This document shows positions 37,533 to 50,620 of a DNA stretch of 64,000 nt, piece by piece. Where the stretch lies: positions 248,001 to 312,000 of the forward strand of contig NIVC01000413.1 of the NCBI GenBank assembly GCA_002269645.1, read 5' to 3'. Source of the DNA: Macrostomum lignano. Lineage: Eukaryota. The translations under genes were made by a program, and so were the position numbers. Numbering within the stretch: position 1 is the first letter of the stretch; each line of letters opens with the position of its first letter. The notes under the pieces are model-generated. The model was not told the DNA's origin and did no database searches. It worked only from the letters and a program-made list of their open reading frames with translations.

Positions 37533-40500
37533 TTCTATCTATCTGTACGTATTTGTATAACCATACTAATCACACTAGTTTCAGACACAGGATAAAACAG
37601 TAAAATTTTTGGAGCTGGAAAAAAGCCAATATTTAATACAAGTTTGAGCAACAAGCGAACACCTCTATAGCTCAAATTCAGGTCAAATTTATATCATCCT
37701 CAAAACAACAAACATTTTACGTCTAAAATCAAAAGAGCTCTGCAGTTTAATGACTGTTATTATTAGCTAGTAAGTATTACACCATGGCAAACGTACCTTA
37801 GGTAAATAGCGTCGTTTGTAGACGTAAATGTATTTATATTGTTGTTTCTAAGCACCAGTAAACTGCATCACTCGCTGTATTCTGTAGGTTAGCTCGTACT
37901 AGTGCACTAAAATAAAATATGCACAGTTAAAATGGAAGTTCTACTTGAATTCTAATGAGCATTTATAATGTGCACATGCTGCTAGTGTACACCGTTAGAT
38001 CGGACTGAAGAAACAAGTCGCTTTGTACGCTGGTACGCTAAAAATAGGTGTGTGTCCTACCACGTTCTGACCTGGTTTTAAATGTGGTTTTTTCGATTTT
38101 TCACAGAAATTTTCTGTTCAGTAAAACCCCTAAAAAGTTTATACGCGTTAACAGTATCTATATATGTGTACATCTGTGTGCATTTCGGTTATTGCTTATG
38201 ATCTTGAGCTAAATTTATATGTAAGATGTTAAAAGAAATTTGGATGAAAAACGAAACATTTTTTCCGAAGTTGAAAGGAGCAAAAAATAAACACTGCGTC
38301 ATATCTTAATTCGGCACTAAGTTTGCACTATATAGATCTTCACTAACATATTTTCTGCTCTTTCCCTTCTTCTCTTTCTTGACCCTTCTGCTCTTTCTTG
38401 ACCCTTCTGCTCTTTCCTCTAGGACTCACCAAAGCTTCTTGATTCTTGACCAGACAAGACCAGACAACCATGTAGCTGAGTTGATAATCAACGAGGACTT
38501 CTTCGAAGAAAAGTCATCATTGAACATGGACGAGACGCCGTCGCGGTCTAACCTAGCCGCTGGCATTGACTGAGGACCAGCTGTGAAAGTAAGGTCAATG
38601 CCACTATGAATTGCTGTAAATTGTGTTATTATTCGTAAGCCAGATTTTCTCTTCATTGAACCATACGAGTGAAGTTAGTGAGCAGTCAAAAGTTTCAGCT
38701 CAAGCTCTGTGAGTTAAAAGCATAGTCAATTGATGTAGAAAAAAGCTCGAAAGGCCGTTTTCCCTGCAAAATGAATTGGCGAGGTGGGAGGCTTTCACTT
38801 TTTCTAACACTCACTACATTCGCAGTATCTCACTTTCTGGCTTCCAAAATTCCAAATGAAACTAGCCATGTGTTTCTTTTGTGATACACTCACAGATTTC
38901 TCAAACTTTTTTTATATAAACTGCTATTCCTTTTCTATTCCTCTATCATCTGGTCCGCAGCTATGAGCTGGATTTTCTATCTGGGCAAAATTATCTATCT
39001 GGTACAAAAAGTTCGCAAAGCCCCCGCTCTACGGTTTAGTTAGCTTCAATTAATAATACAGTACTCTGCGAAACTGCATATTATTTGTCATAAGTTATTT
39101 GTCTGGCAGCTAAACACCGAATGTTTGATGGCATCCACAAAAGACCCTGTACCACTTTAGCTATCAAAGATTTGAAGGCCCTTACTGCAAAGTAGCAATA
39201 AATGTTTACTTTTGTGGATTGTCTCAAGCGCACTTGTAGAGTATTCGTTAACCTAGAACACGAAAAAATTTTACTGGAACGAAAGTTCCTTCTTACTCGA
39301 TAGTTTGCCCGTGTGCATGGGTTAAAAACGTCTGACACACATGATTGGCTAAGGCGGGCAGTATATCAAGTATATTAGCTCGTATGGTAAGGTTTGAGGC
39401 AAAACAGAACTTTTTTAGCTCTTAACTAGCTGTACAAAATGAGGAAGTTCAGTCTAAACTATCGTACATCTACGAGCTACATGAGATCAGTAGCGCAACC
39501 AGAAACTTTTTGAGGGGGGTGGTCTCCGCCTAAGGGGGGCGACCGCCCCCCCCCCGCCACTGTATGAGATATACATATAGCGAAGAGAGAAAGCAACTGC
39601 CGGACAGAAATGTTTATACGGACCAGAGACGAAGGGACTGCATGCATTCTTAATCAATGGTAAGCGCAACTACTACTTCTACTGAGTGTATAGCTACTAC
39701 TTATCTTTCAACCAATAGCTAAGCATTATTTTGGAAGATTTTACGGAACGCGTTACAAATTTCAACTAATCTCGCTTAAAGTTATAAGTGCAATGGCTTT
39801 GACTTGGAACAAAAGTACAAAACATAAGGACGTTTAGCTACAAAATAAATGGAAATATCTGATACATTTAGTACATTCAAGGACCACTAAAAGTTACCGT
39901 TGTATCAGGACGTAGCGAGTCCAAAATAGCTCGTTTTGCAATTTTATCATATTTGAAGGCTCCCTTGTTTGCATTGCAGCTAAAATAAACTTCAACTGCT
40001 CATCATGACTGCCGAATCAGTTGCACTTAAAAATATTTTCGCCAGTTAGTGTAAACCTCAAAGAAATATAAATACATGAGTTTTGAAGCTTCCGAGGCAC
40101 AGAGTTATTGCAGGTTTCTTTACAATACTCCGAATACAATGCTTTTTAAGGCAAACGTTGATAAATACGTCGTACACGTAAATAAGCGAGCCTTAAAAAT
40201 TGCAATATTTACGATATGAGTGTTACCGTCCTGATGTAACGGTAATTTCTAGTGGTCCTTGAATGCATCTGGGAAATTCGCAGGATCCATGTCAGAAGGG
40301 AAAAAAAATCCAAATTAAATTGAGATGTATTCGAACAGTTTATGGAAGCTTTTTGTACTGTGGACATTCTTAAAAATAACCTTGAATATTTTTCACTAAC
40401 TAAATCTACTAAGTTTGAAGTAGCTGCTCACCTATGCAGAAATTAGAGAAGTTTGTATATTGTTTTTTTGGCGTTCTCGCATTGAACAACAACGTAAGTA

Positions 40501-40932
40501 GAAATTCGCCAAAGCTCTAGAGAACTACAATTTTAACAAAGCAACAAAACATAATTTAAAAAAGCGAACTTACTTGTAAGTAGTCTACAAAAATAATTTA
40601 GACGTAGACTCGTAACTTTTATACACTTTTAAAATATTTAAGAGTCCTAAGCACTTGAGCTTGAATCTTGCTTCATAGCACGCATTTTAGGCTCAAATTA
40701 TAAGAAATAGAAGACTCTTGACTCCTAATCATACGCTTTATAGCACGGGCCCTTGTGTATGTTTGAAGAGTGTATATAGTTTGTACGTTTGTATGATAAT
40801 CGTAACGCATGATCGCCCTCCGCCCCTACCCCTTTGCATCACGCCAATTTTTCACCTTAATTCTGATTGGTCATACTGTACGCTCGTTCATTGCAAATCA
40901 TTCGCTCTTCCTTCTAGAGTCTGTGTGTCAGC

Positions 40933-41235
40933 TGCATGTAGCCACGATGGAGCGTCAAACTCACGACTTGAAGGTCGGGGGTTCGCTTCCTGATTCCACT
41001 GAGACAGTTTGTGTCCTTGAGCAAGACACTTAACACTTAGCATTGCTTCAGTTCACCCAGCTGTAAAATGGGTACCAGCATTAGCTGGGGTAATTGAGGG
41101 GTGTGTGTGTGGCAATGGCAACCCCCAGTCGTTTGATTGTACAGTCGTAGGTAAGTCCTCTGATGCGCCGCGCAACAGCTGTGGATGAGCTGTCGGTTGC
41201 ACATATGCACATTGTTCGTAATCAATAATTAATTC
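40933..41235 (+). mobile_element. tRNA-derived SINE with a CORE-like central domain
   Basis: A-box-like GTAGCCACGATGG and B-box-like GGTTCGCTTCC. These are followed by TGTGTCCTTGAGCAAGACACTTAAC...CAGCTGTAAAATGGG, which resembles the MIR/CORE domain. AT-rich tail. Confidence 0.8.
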
Positions 41236-42444
41236 TTATTAATTGCTTGCTTAGAAATTGAAAATTATTGAAGCTAGCGCATAATCCAAGACTAGGCTTA
41301 AACAGAGGTTGTTTATTGCTGCTATACTGCGAACGCGAATGTAGCCAAGTTTTCTCTTGTTATCATGTGTATAAGCGTGTATCTAATAGAACCAAGATTG
41401 GTTCTAAAAATTGGTTTATTAGAAAAACATACATGAAGGGAAGGCTTAAGGGAAGTGGTAGAGCGTAATAAGCAGCTAGCTGAGTTGATGGCCGGGTGCT
41501 ACAAGCGGCTCCGTTATTGATACAAATCAACGGAGTTTGCAAATGAGTTCGTCCCGTGCTGTCTTCTAGGACGCTCCCTGCTCGCGCAGTGCATTCCGCA
41601 ACTTCGGTAGGTATTTAAAAAAAATTTATTAATCATTGAAAAAATAGATTTAGCTCTTAAATTGCACAACTTTGCTAATCTAATAATTGAAATGTACTAT
41701 TTCAGATGATTGTAAATTGCACAAGACTGCCTATCCTAATGTGAAGGAAAACAGGTTGACCATGCAGCCACTATGCAGCAAGACGTTACTTATAATCGAA
41801 GTAAGTGGGTCTACTAAACGCTGAGATAGACTTGCAAAGATTTACTGTTTCCATACCTACACATTACTGATTTTATTTATATTTTCAACAATTTGTATCT
41901 AATGAGTATCACATTCCTTTCCGTAGAGTAAGGAAAGCATTAATTAGGACTCATTCTGAGAATTTTTGTTGCTATTTGGTAAACGGTGTATTGATTGTAT
42001 CATGCAGGTGTAAACCAGGATATATGAATCTGTAGAAATGAACAAAACTGCAGAATATTTTACTCCGCCTTCTACTTTGCGACTTCAATGCTGCGACATA
42101 AGTTCTTGTGATTAGAGACTCGAAATAAAAACACTCGTATAAGCGATGTACATGTACATCGAAATCCTGAAACTTACATAACAACGGAGTTTCGACCATT
42201 AAATTATTGTCCCCCGTGAACTCATGGTGCGCAGGTTTTCAGTGACATTCATTTATTTCACTATTTACTTTACTATTTAAATATTAAACTTATAAGGACT
42301 TTTTAAGTATCACCATTATTTTTGATCGAAAAGACTTGAAATATGATTTTCATTGTTGTCCCTAAAGATACTACGGACGGGGATGGGGAAGATTAATCTC
42401 AGAAATTAATTAATATCTGAGACATTCGAGCCCCAGCTTACCAT

Positions 42445-42960
42445 ACTCATAACTGTACTCTTACTTGACTCAGCTGCAGGGGGTTCCGGGCATCCGGATG
42501 TAGCGAGGAGGCGTTGCCGCCCACTTCGCTAACCCCTGGCGACCACTGGCAGCTAGTGCTGCTGTGTCGCGCAGGGAGTTCCGGTGGTGCCGGTGTCCGC
42601 AGCGCGGCCCCCCTCCGGAGAGTCCAGGAGGTGAATTGTTCTCGCTCGGTAGCCCTTAGGTAGCGGATGAGCTTCATGGTAGAGATTCTCGGGCCTGAAA
42701 GTGTCGGAGAGGTCCAGCTTGGGACCGAGGTAGGTGAGCCTGTCCTGAGTAAAGGTGGAGCATCCACAGATAAAGTGCTCCGCATTCTCGACATCGAAGA
42801 GGCAGAATGGGCATTCCTCACTGCGGATTTTTCCCTGGAGGTGGCGATTTCTGGTAGAACAGCCATGACCCGAGAGGGCCATGTTCACCGCCCTTATGTC
42901 CCTGCGGTTGTGTTCAAGCAGGGCCCTGCGCAGGGCGGAGCGTAACTTTACTCATAAATA
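42445..42960 (-). mobile_element. 5'-truncated non-LTR retrotransposon, C-terminal zinc-knuckle region (R1/LOA/I-like)
   Basis: LLEHNRRDIRAVNMALSGH...HL...CPFC...ENAEHFICGC...R.TYLG is the typical CCHC tail of these ORF2 proteins. Confidence 0.75.
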
Positions 42961-45586
42961 GAAGGTCCACTGCGCTCACTAGAGCGAGTGATAATTATTG
43001 TCAGCGCCTGACGCATTACTTATATTGATCGCCTGGTTCGTTCTTACATATATCGTAATATTGATGGGTTTCGGCCTTTTCGGCTTCTTGGGAAAGCCTC
43101 TGGACCTCAGATCTCAGAAATGAATCAATAAGAGTCCTGGCCCCCCCCCCCACTCCTGTCAGATCAGCCCCATGGTATTTTGATCTGTGGCAAGCAGTCT
43201 AGGTTTTTAAAGGTAGAGATCAGTTAATCCGCAGATTAACTTACCCGCCGTTACCAGCCCGTGCGTCCTGGCTCACCGAACCGAAAATTTCGAAATCGGG
43301 CTTCCGACTGAAAGAGGCTTAGCACTTACCTGCCAACTAGTGTCTTTTTGCTGTCAATCTCGAAGTCATAGCCGATGATAAGGGACACTGCTGGGACTCG
43401 ATCGCATTGATCATGCAGGTACAGAGGGGACTTGTGCAGGGGATTCTTGCAGTGGCGAGCCTATGGCAGCTACATGTACTATTACATTGCTAAATACGAG
43501 GATTTGTACTTTTGGCCTTCAATGCGCTAACCAACCTCTCGTAGCGCTGACGATAGGCTAACTCGAACCTCAGAGACTGCATGATTCATTACCCGAGCCG
43601 CTTGGCGATCCTAGAGTGCACAAAGTACATCCCTGGCGCCGATTCTGCAGTATTGGAAAACTTGCTAACTGATTTGATAAATTGATCGACTGAGAACCGC
43701 CTTGCCATTGGTCTACTGTGACCGGCGCCTACTAGCTTAGCTCCTCATCTGAGCCATCAGCGAACAAAGAAATAGAACCGATAAAAATACCGATAAAAAT
43801 AACTGTCAGATTTAACCTTCTCCTTAGATCACTTCACACTTCAGATTGAATTGGAGTAATCAGACTACTAGCAATATTATTAAATGATTTTTGCCTCCAA
43901 TACAGCACAACTGAACAAAATGAACAAATGTGTGCGCCTAATCCAGCTATTGAAATATGTGACAGATAAGCAATCACCCAATCAAGCAAGTCTTGGTAGC
44001 CTCTCACCCAACCAATCAGAAACTCAACAGCCGGAGACCAGGTAATCCACAGTAACCGAATCGGCTTAGTGCTTAGCAGCTGTAGGTCTGGGATGATGCT
44101 GTCACAGTCTTTGCAGATAGCTAGCAGGTGATGATCTTAACCTTGACGATTGATGCCGTTGACCAGGGGAATTCGTCCTTGATGCTGAGGGGGGGGGGTG
44201 TCGCAATCCGGGGATCAAGAGACGACGGTCGTGACTCCAGAATGGGACGAGTCCCGGGAGCCAGAGGTTACGAGGGGGGTAAGCCGAGGTAAGAGGTCGA
44301 GCGGGCCAAAAACACTGGTTTAAATAGCCGCTAACTGGACCGCAATTTGTTGAAATGGAACACCTCGACGCTGATTGGCTGACCCGATTTCTTATAACTG
44401 ACGTCGAATTTTCTGATTGGCTGAGCTTGTTGCCACCCAAAATCACGTGACCAAGAGATCCTATCAGTTCCCTCGGTGCCATAAAAATACGCCAGGTGCT
44501 ACCATAAATCACTCAAAATCGCTACATTATGATTTATGACCTTTCGCGTAGGAATTGAAAAAAAATAATTAAAAAATATTCATTAGAAAGATCTCATTAA
44601 GTAGAGAGTGAAGATGGTGAAGAGAAATCAAGAATCGCTAATCCCAAAGTACTTTTAGGGGTAAAAAGCATAGCTGTCAAAGCTGTCAAACGCCTGAGTG
44701 AACAAGAACAATAGGCCCTGACCTCATAAATCTGATGGCCTGTCAAAAATGATAAGAAAAAAGCTACCACCCGCATCCTCTCAGACCGTCTGGCGCCAGA
44801 TTCAACTCTGAGTGAGGCGCAGGTGCTGTCAGACAAGCTCACAAACAATGATTTATGACCCCAAAAGTAGCGAAAACCGCACCTATGTTATAATGACTAC
44901 AAGTATGGCAAAATAATATAGCTACAGTGTACAAAATTCTACTAGTATGAATTCTAGGAATACTACAAAAAGAGAAGAAAAATGCCCATAGCCTGCTGTT
45001 AGTAGGCTAACAAGTTTGGAACCCATGTGCGAGCTTGAGATTTGGAAAAAGTGCGTCCTCATCAATATTACGCATTGATGAGGCCGCACTAACGTTGCCG
45101 TTACTAATACAACAATAGCAACAGCAAGCCCCCGAATAAGTAAATAACTAGCCCATAAAGAGCAAGAAAGAAGATGAGAACTCAGTTGCAATTCTAAGAC
45201 TAAAATTAGTACATCCTCATCCATAGCTTAGAAGTGTAAGCTAAAAATCTGCCTTTCAGAGCGACTGTTTTTCTGCTTTAAGCATCTTAGAAGCTAAAAA
45301 TGAACTGAATCAAAAAGCTAATACTTGCTTTCTTACCGCCTCAACGCGGGACAATATTAACAGTACATGAAAGTCAATCATTTTTGTGCATCTGTCTGCA
45401 TTGGACCTATGGGAGCAAAGCCCTGGTTGGAAAAGACCACGAGAAGGAGTTTGCTTTCAAGCGAAACAGACAAAAAAGACAATTAGACCACAAAGTCTCG
45501 TCAGATACAAGACTCGAAAAAACAGACTGAATAACTGTCGGGGGTAATGCACGCTCTATAAACAGACGATTAAAAATACTCGTAAA

Positions 45587-47881
45587 ATGGTAAACGGCGA
45601 ATGATTCTATTGCATGCCCTTATTAGCTCGTAGCTACACTATCACTTGTCTAAACCGATTTTTAGACAAAGGCTTTCGATCACTTCTGTCTTTTCTGCCT
45701 GAAAGTGTCTGCTGGAAATGGCTTCATCTGTGTGCATAAGTAAGTAATCACGGTCAGATAAGGGACTCGCGTTTATAAAAACACATCTGATTATGCACTT
45801 TTCGATATCTGCTATACTACGAGTAGGACACTTTCTGACGGCATAATTAAATCGATTTTCCATCACGGCAGCTGCGACGCGGCCAATCATTATTGCGTCA
45901 ACGGTCTGACAACTAGTGTGGAACTCGACAACTTCTATCATCGAGAAGAAACGATTGTGCCTAGCGTTCCCAACGAGCTGGACACGCAGCACAAAAGCTT
46001 CAGACGATGCAGATGGTTAATTCGTATTCGAACCTCCAGCACCTGGAAGAGTCTTCAAATTGTTATTCAGACAACTCCGGACGAGCATGTCGCGGTCAAA
46101 GAAAATGAAACAGCCCGTAAAGACTTGACCATCGTTTCGCAAGAAGATGCGTTTGTTGCAACTCGTGGATTGTTTCGACTGTACCCACTGCGTCAAAGGT
46201 TAGGAATAAAATTTTCCAAATAGTTGACAAGTTACCGATGTTAGCTGTTAACCAAACAAAATGTTTTCCTATGGTTCCAGAAACTTCTTCACTAACACAA
46301 TCGAATGGGATCCAAAAATCCAGAGCAGAACGCCAATTCGACTGCGCTATCTGATCCCGATTCCAGGAATATGCAACAATGACATGCTCAGCTTCAATGG
46401 TAGCTGTTACGCCGTGACTGCCTTTAAACAAAATCTAACTGAAGCTTTGTCTACCATTGAAGGCGATGTCGAGTTGGCCAGCTTCGCCAGCATGGCAGAA
46501 ATTAACGAGTTCGTTGCAGCAAGTAAGTTCTGAAAAAAATTCGTAGAACTACTACGAATCAATGATTGATAAATTTATCATCTTACGAATTTTTAGTAAT
46601 ATGTTATTACTTTATTTGGCCCTGTCATCCCCTGCTAGTAAAAGTGTCGTGAGGTTAAATGTAGAATAATATTAAATAAGTATATTCTTAAAGCTAAATA
46701 GTTGTAGTAAAAAACAACAGCTTGTTTTATATGAATTTCAGTCACGAACAATACACATTCTGATTAAATATTCTGTAGATATCGCTCGAAAGTCGGAGTA
46801 CCCGTACAGACGGCCTCTAAATCTGAGTCAACCACTCCGCCTTGGCATGTTTCTCGGCTCCGATGGTCAGGATCAAACTGTGTCCATACTAACAAGAGGA
46901 AACAGCAGTGCAGGATGCAGTCTAGAACCAGTATCTAAGCTTAAGAAATTTAAGTGAGTCTTCGAAACTATCTCTTTAAGTTTAGTTAAAATATTCATAG
47001 TCAAAAAACATACTTTACAAGCTTGAAAGTTCATATGCCTAAAGGCTCATTCAAATTGCCTTGGAATCACACGACCGATGCACAAAGAATGGAAGTGGGT
47101 GTATCAGTCTGGGTGGTCACACCCCACACAGAATTTGGCCAAAAAACACAAAGCCTATTTGGCCTTAGTGTAAGCGAGGCTTAAAACTTCATACGTTAAC
47201 AACTTCACAAGCCCAAACTTTCAAAATCTTCGACATTGTGAAGTTTTGAGCTAGCAAAAGTGACTAGCTAGCAAGACTTAAAAGATGTTAAAAGCGACCT
47301 TTCTTGTGCTCTGGTGGGATAACTGATATTGTTCGAGCTACAACTCTTGGAAATTGGGACCGAAACATGTCACAAAAAAGCATATACGCGCTCGTATTGG
47401 CTACTTTGGGTACAACTATTTCAGGATCTCAAATACTGCTGTTGGTCCATGTGGTCATATCAGTTTGGATGTAACAGACAAAGCGCTGGTTGAGTTCGGT
47501 AGCTGTGATGCTTCGATTCTGGCGCTCATAAAATTTCCGCAAGTTGCTCGTAGTGATACTCGTAAAAGAATAATTAGCCGTTTCTGTCCAGAAATTATTC
47601 CAAAAGTTTTGTCGATGGAAAAAGACGCATATCCTCTGCAGGCAGGAGGGATGCTTCGCAATCAAACAAAACGATATCCGGAGGAGAATCGTGCAGGAAT
47701 TTGGGCTCGTGCTTTGGCTGTCGCCATTGCATGTTTACTGCTAGTAGCTGTAATGTGTCGTTGCTTCTCGCACTTAAAATCACGGCTTCGAACTGCAAAA
47801 AGGGACAGTGCGAAACTCAGAAAATTGAATGCAACAAAGTTAAAAATGCTACCAGATGCGAGCGTAGTTGAAATCCTTTGA
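45587..47881 (+). CDS. Receptor gene A: CUB-like + atypical C-type-lectin-like + TM; exons 45587-45589, 45666-45739, 45872-46198, 46281-46522, 46779-46953, 47425-47881
   Basis: All junctions are GT-AG and phase-consistent (0,2,2,1,2). CRWLI (CUB-like), CxxxxxxFNGSCY...VELASFASMAE (CTLD N-terminus) and TM ALAVAIACLLLVAVMC. The signal peptide is weak. Confidence 0.75.
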
Positions 47882-48181
47882 ACTTTTTATCAGTAACTTT
47901 GGTAACTTTTAAAAATTGTAACTTTGAAAGTTTTTATAATTTTGTGCGTACGTTTATTACAGGGTTCTAACCAAGAAATTTTACTCATATTTGAAGATGT
48001 TATTAAATTTGTAGTACAGTCATTTTTTTAGTTCGTGTTGGTGGGGAAGTTTGTCAATAAAGTATGCTTCTTTAATATTATATTCTGGAAATTTCTACGC
48101 TCTCATCGTTTACGAAAATCTTGCGACATTCTAGAAACTTCTTCTAGTTTGTAAGTTTGTAAATAGAAAATTCCTACGTAG

Positions 48182-48620
48182 CAGAGGCATCGCCATGGAT
48201 TTTATGGTGGGGGGGGGGACAAAGCCAACAATTGTACATGTACATGACTAAATTCCTAGATGTACATTATTTTCAGAATCGGTGTTGTCAGCACTCATTT
48301 TAGCGCCACAAGCACTCATTTTAGCGCCACAGCCACCCATTTTAGCGCCGCAGGCACTCATTTTGGCGCCGCAGCCACTCATTTTAGCGCCGCAGGCACT
48401 CATTTTGGCGCCGCAGCCACTCATTTTAGCGCCACAGCCACTCATTTTGGCGCCACAGGCACTCATTTTAGCGCCGCAGGCACTCATTTTGGCGCCGCAG
48501 GCGCTATGTTTTGTCGCCCTGCAGCAAAATTATTGATTTCCATAACGGGTCAAAAGGTATGGGGTGGGGGGACAAAGCATTGGCATGTCCCCCCTGTTCC
48601 TCCCGTTGGCGACGCCCCTG
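48182..48620. mobile_element. hAT-like MITE with an internal 21-bp repeat
   Basis: TIRs CAGAGGCATCGCCA / TGGCGACGCCCCTG. Imperfect 8-bp TSD (CTACGTAG vs CGCCGTAG). Internal (GCACTCATTTTAGCGCCGCAG)n. Confidence 0.75.
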
Positions 48621-49129
48621 CGCCGTAGCATAATCAGAATCAGTTATTGCCACTACACTGCTTACCACTTAATTCTGTACTACCAATATGAAATTTAGAT
48701 AAGGGTACCATATTTAGAATCTTCATGTACGCATTCTGCGCAGCACCCTCGGCTTGAAGCCGACAATTTGAGATCTCTGTTCACTCATTTACTCAAATAT
48801 ACGACATAATATTATAATTAGCGATGCGCACAAGCCGTTGAAACCCTTGGATTTTGAACCCACTGAATTTTAATCACCGGAACTGTTTTTGCATGCGTTT
48901 TTAAATCTGAAGTCAAATTTGAACAAAACAAAAACTTGTTAGGATAGGAGGTAAACAAAAATGAAGTAAAATGGTGCTAAATTAAGATTCGAGGCAAGCA
49001 TTGAACTCAACAGCTGGGGAGCCGCGCAGAATGGCATGCGATGTTTGTACGAGTATAAAGCATGCGTTGGTAAAAACTCTGGCCTCTGGCTTCCGCCTCT
49101 CTCCGTCATTGAGGTACTGAAACTTCTCT

Positions 49130-49800
49130 GTTCTCTTTTCTTTCTTCTCTCCCCTCACTCTTCTCTTATATCTCCTCTTTTACAACTCCTCTCTTTTCTC
49201 TCATCTCTCCTCTCTCTTTTCTCATCTCTACTCTCTTACAGTAATCTTCTCTCTCCTCTCCCCGAAATTTTCAGCTTATAAGAACAAACACTCCCTGGTG
49301 CTGAATGCCCCCCCCCCAGGAATGAATTCCTGACTGCGCCACTGTCCTCTCTACACTCTCTCCTCTCTCTCTAATCTTTCCTCTCTTCTTTCATCTATTC
49401 TATCTAATTTCTTATCTCTCATCTATCATCTCTATTCTCTCCTTTCTCCTCTCTCCTGTCTCCTCTCTAATCTCTTCTATCTAATCTCTCATTTCTCCAC
49501 TCTGCCCTCTCATCCCTCATCTCTCCTCTTTCTTCTCTCTCCTCTCTCCTCTCTCCCCCTTTCTCTCCCCTCTTCTCTCCTCTCTTACTTCTCAAGCTAA
49601 CATGCTTGTACAGTATGCAACTAACAATATAGAATTAACTTAAGTGAAAATCCTGTCAAATTAATAACGAATACTGCACCCCACAGTTATATCGAATAGC
49701 ATTACACGTACATTTGAGCAGCACTGACTTCTCCTTCCCTTCTCCTTCTCCTCTACTCTCTTACTTCTCCTCTCTCCTCTCTCTCTCCCTTGCCCCTTCT
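49130..49800. repeat. CT-rich low-complexity tract
   Basis: Direct read; a similar tract lies at 11270-11405. Confidence 0.85.
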
Positions 49801-50620
49801 TCTCTGAGAAAATTTGGTTTGCTTTTGCTCAAAATCGCTATTAATTACATGGAGCTGAATTGCTCGAATCGAAATGCCGAGAACTCGAGGCTTACGGGAA
49901 ATTGCTGAGATGTCAAGGCTGACGTGGGGAATTGCTGATATGTCAAGGCTGAGAGGTCAGAAGCTACATTTAGTTTATTTAAAAAAATATTTTATTCCAT
50001 TCCTTTTGGCTCCCCAACGCAGGGCGCTGATTGCTATATAGCCAGCTAAAATTAATATATTGATCGACTTATAGATAGTGATTTAGACATTTAGTACAGT
50101 TGGATTCTAAGGTGTAAAAAAGTGCAACCTCATTAGAAAACAGCTACTCGAGCGTATGCCTAGATGCTTGTTATATGGCCCAACTAAATTTGTATTAATT
50201 CCTATTTACTTGTACTATTACCTTTTGAATTTAGTAATTCAGTCATAAGGAAAATCTAAAATGAAGGATATACGATTTAAATTAAATTAAATCCTAGCTA
50301 CATATAATAAGGAACTGCCATCGTCACATTTGCGAGCGTCATTTATTAGTAGGAATGTTCTGGTCATGGTTTTTTATAGAAACTGAGTGCGATGATATGT
50401 ACAATCATAAGAGCAGAAAATGTACATTCTATTGTTCATCAAGTCTATTTGAGACTCCTTTGGATAGGGTTTTCTAACACAGTAGCTTAAATATAATTGG
50501 AAATGCCACTGGACGAGATACTTATAGACTTCTAAGACTTGAACTAAAAGCCGTTTGTGATCAACGTTACGAATATAACCAAATTAGCCTTAATTAACAA
50601 AATTTATTCTAAAACGAAAC

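Noticed and set aside
41488-41610. Knottin-like frame MAGCYKRLRY*YKSTEFANEFVPCCLLGRSLLAQCIPQLR*
   Set aside because: It needs two Cys codons to be mutated, has no phase-2 acceptor or signal exon, and the same DNA fits an exon in another frame.
44250-44430. CCAAT-CCAAT-TATTTAAA arrangement on the minus strand as an LTR or promoter
   Set aside because: No TG...CA boundaries, TSD or supported downstream gene could be defined.
44597-45224. Hydrophobic minus-strand ORFs resembling a membrane protein
   Set aside because: No consistent splice model or family motif was found.
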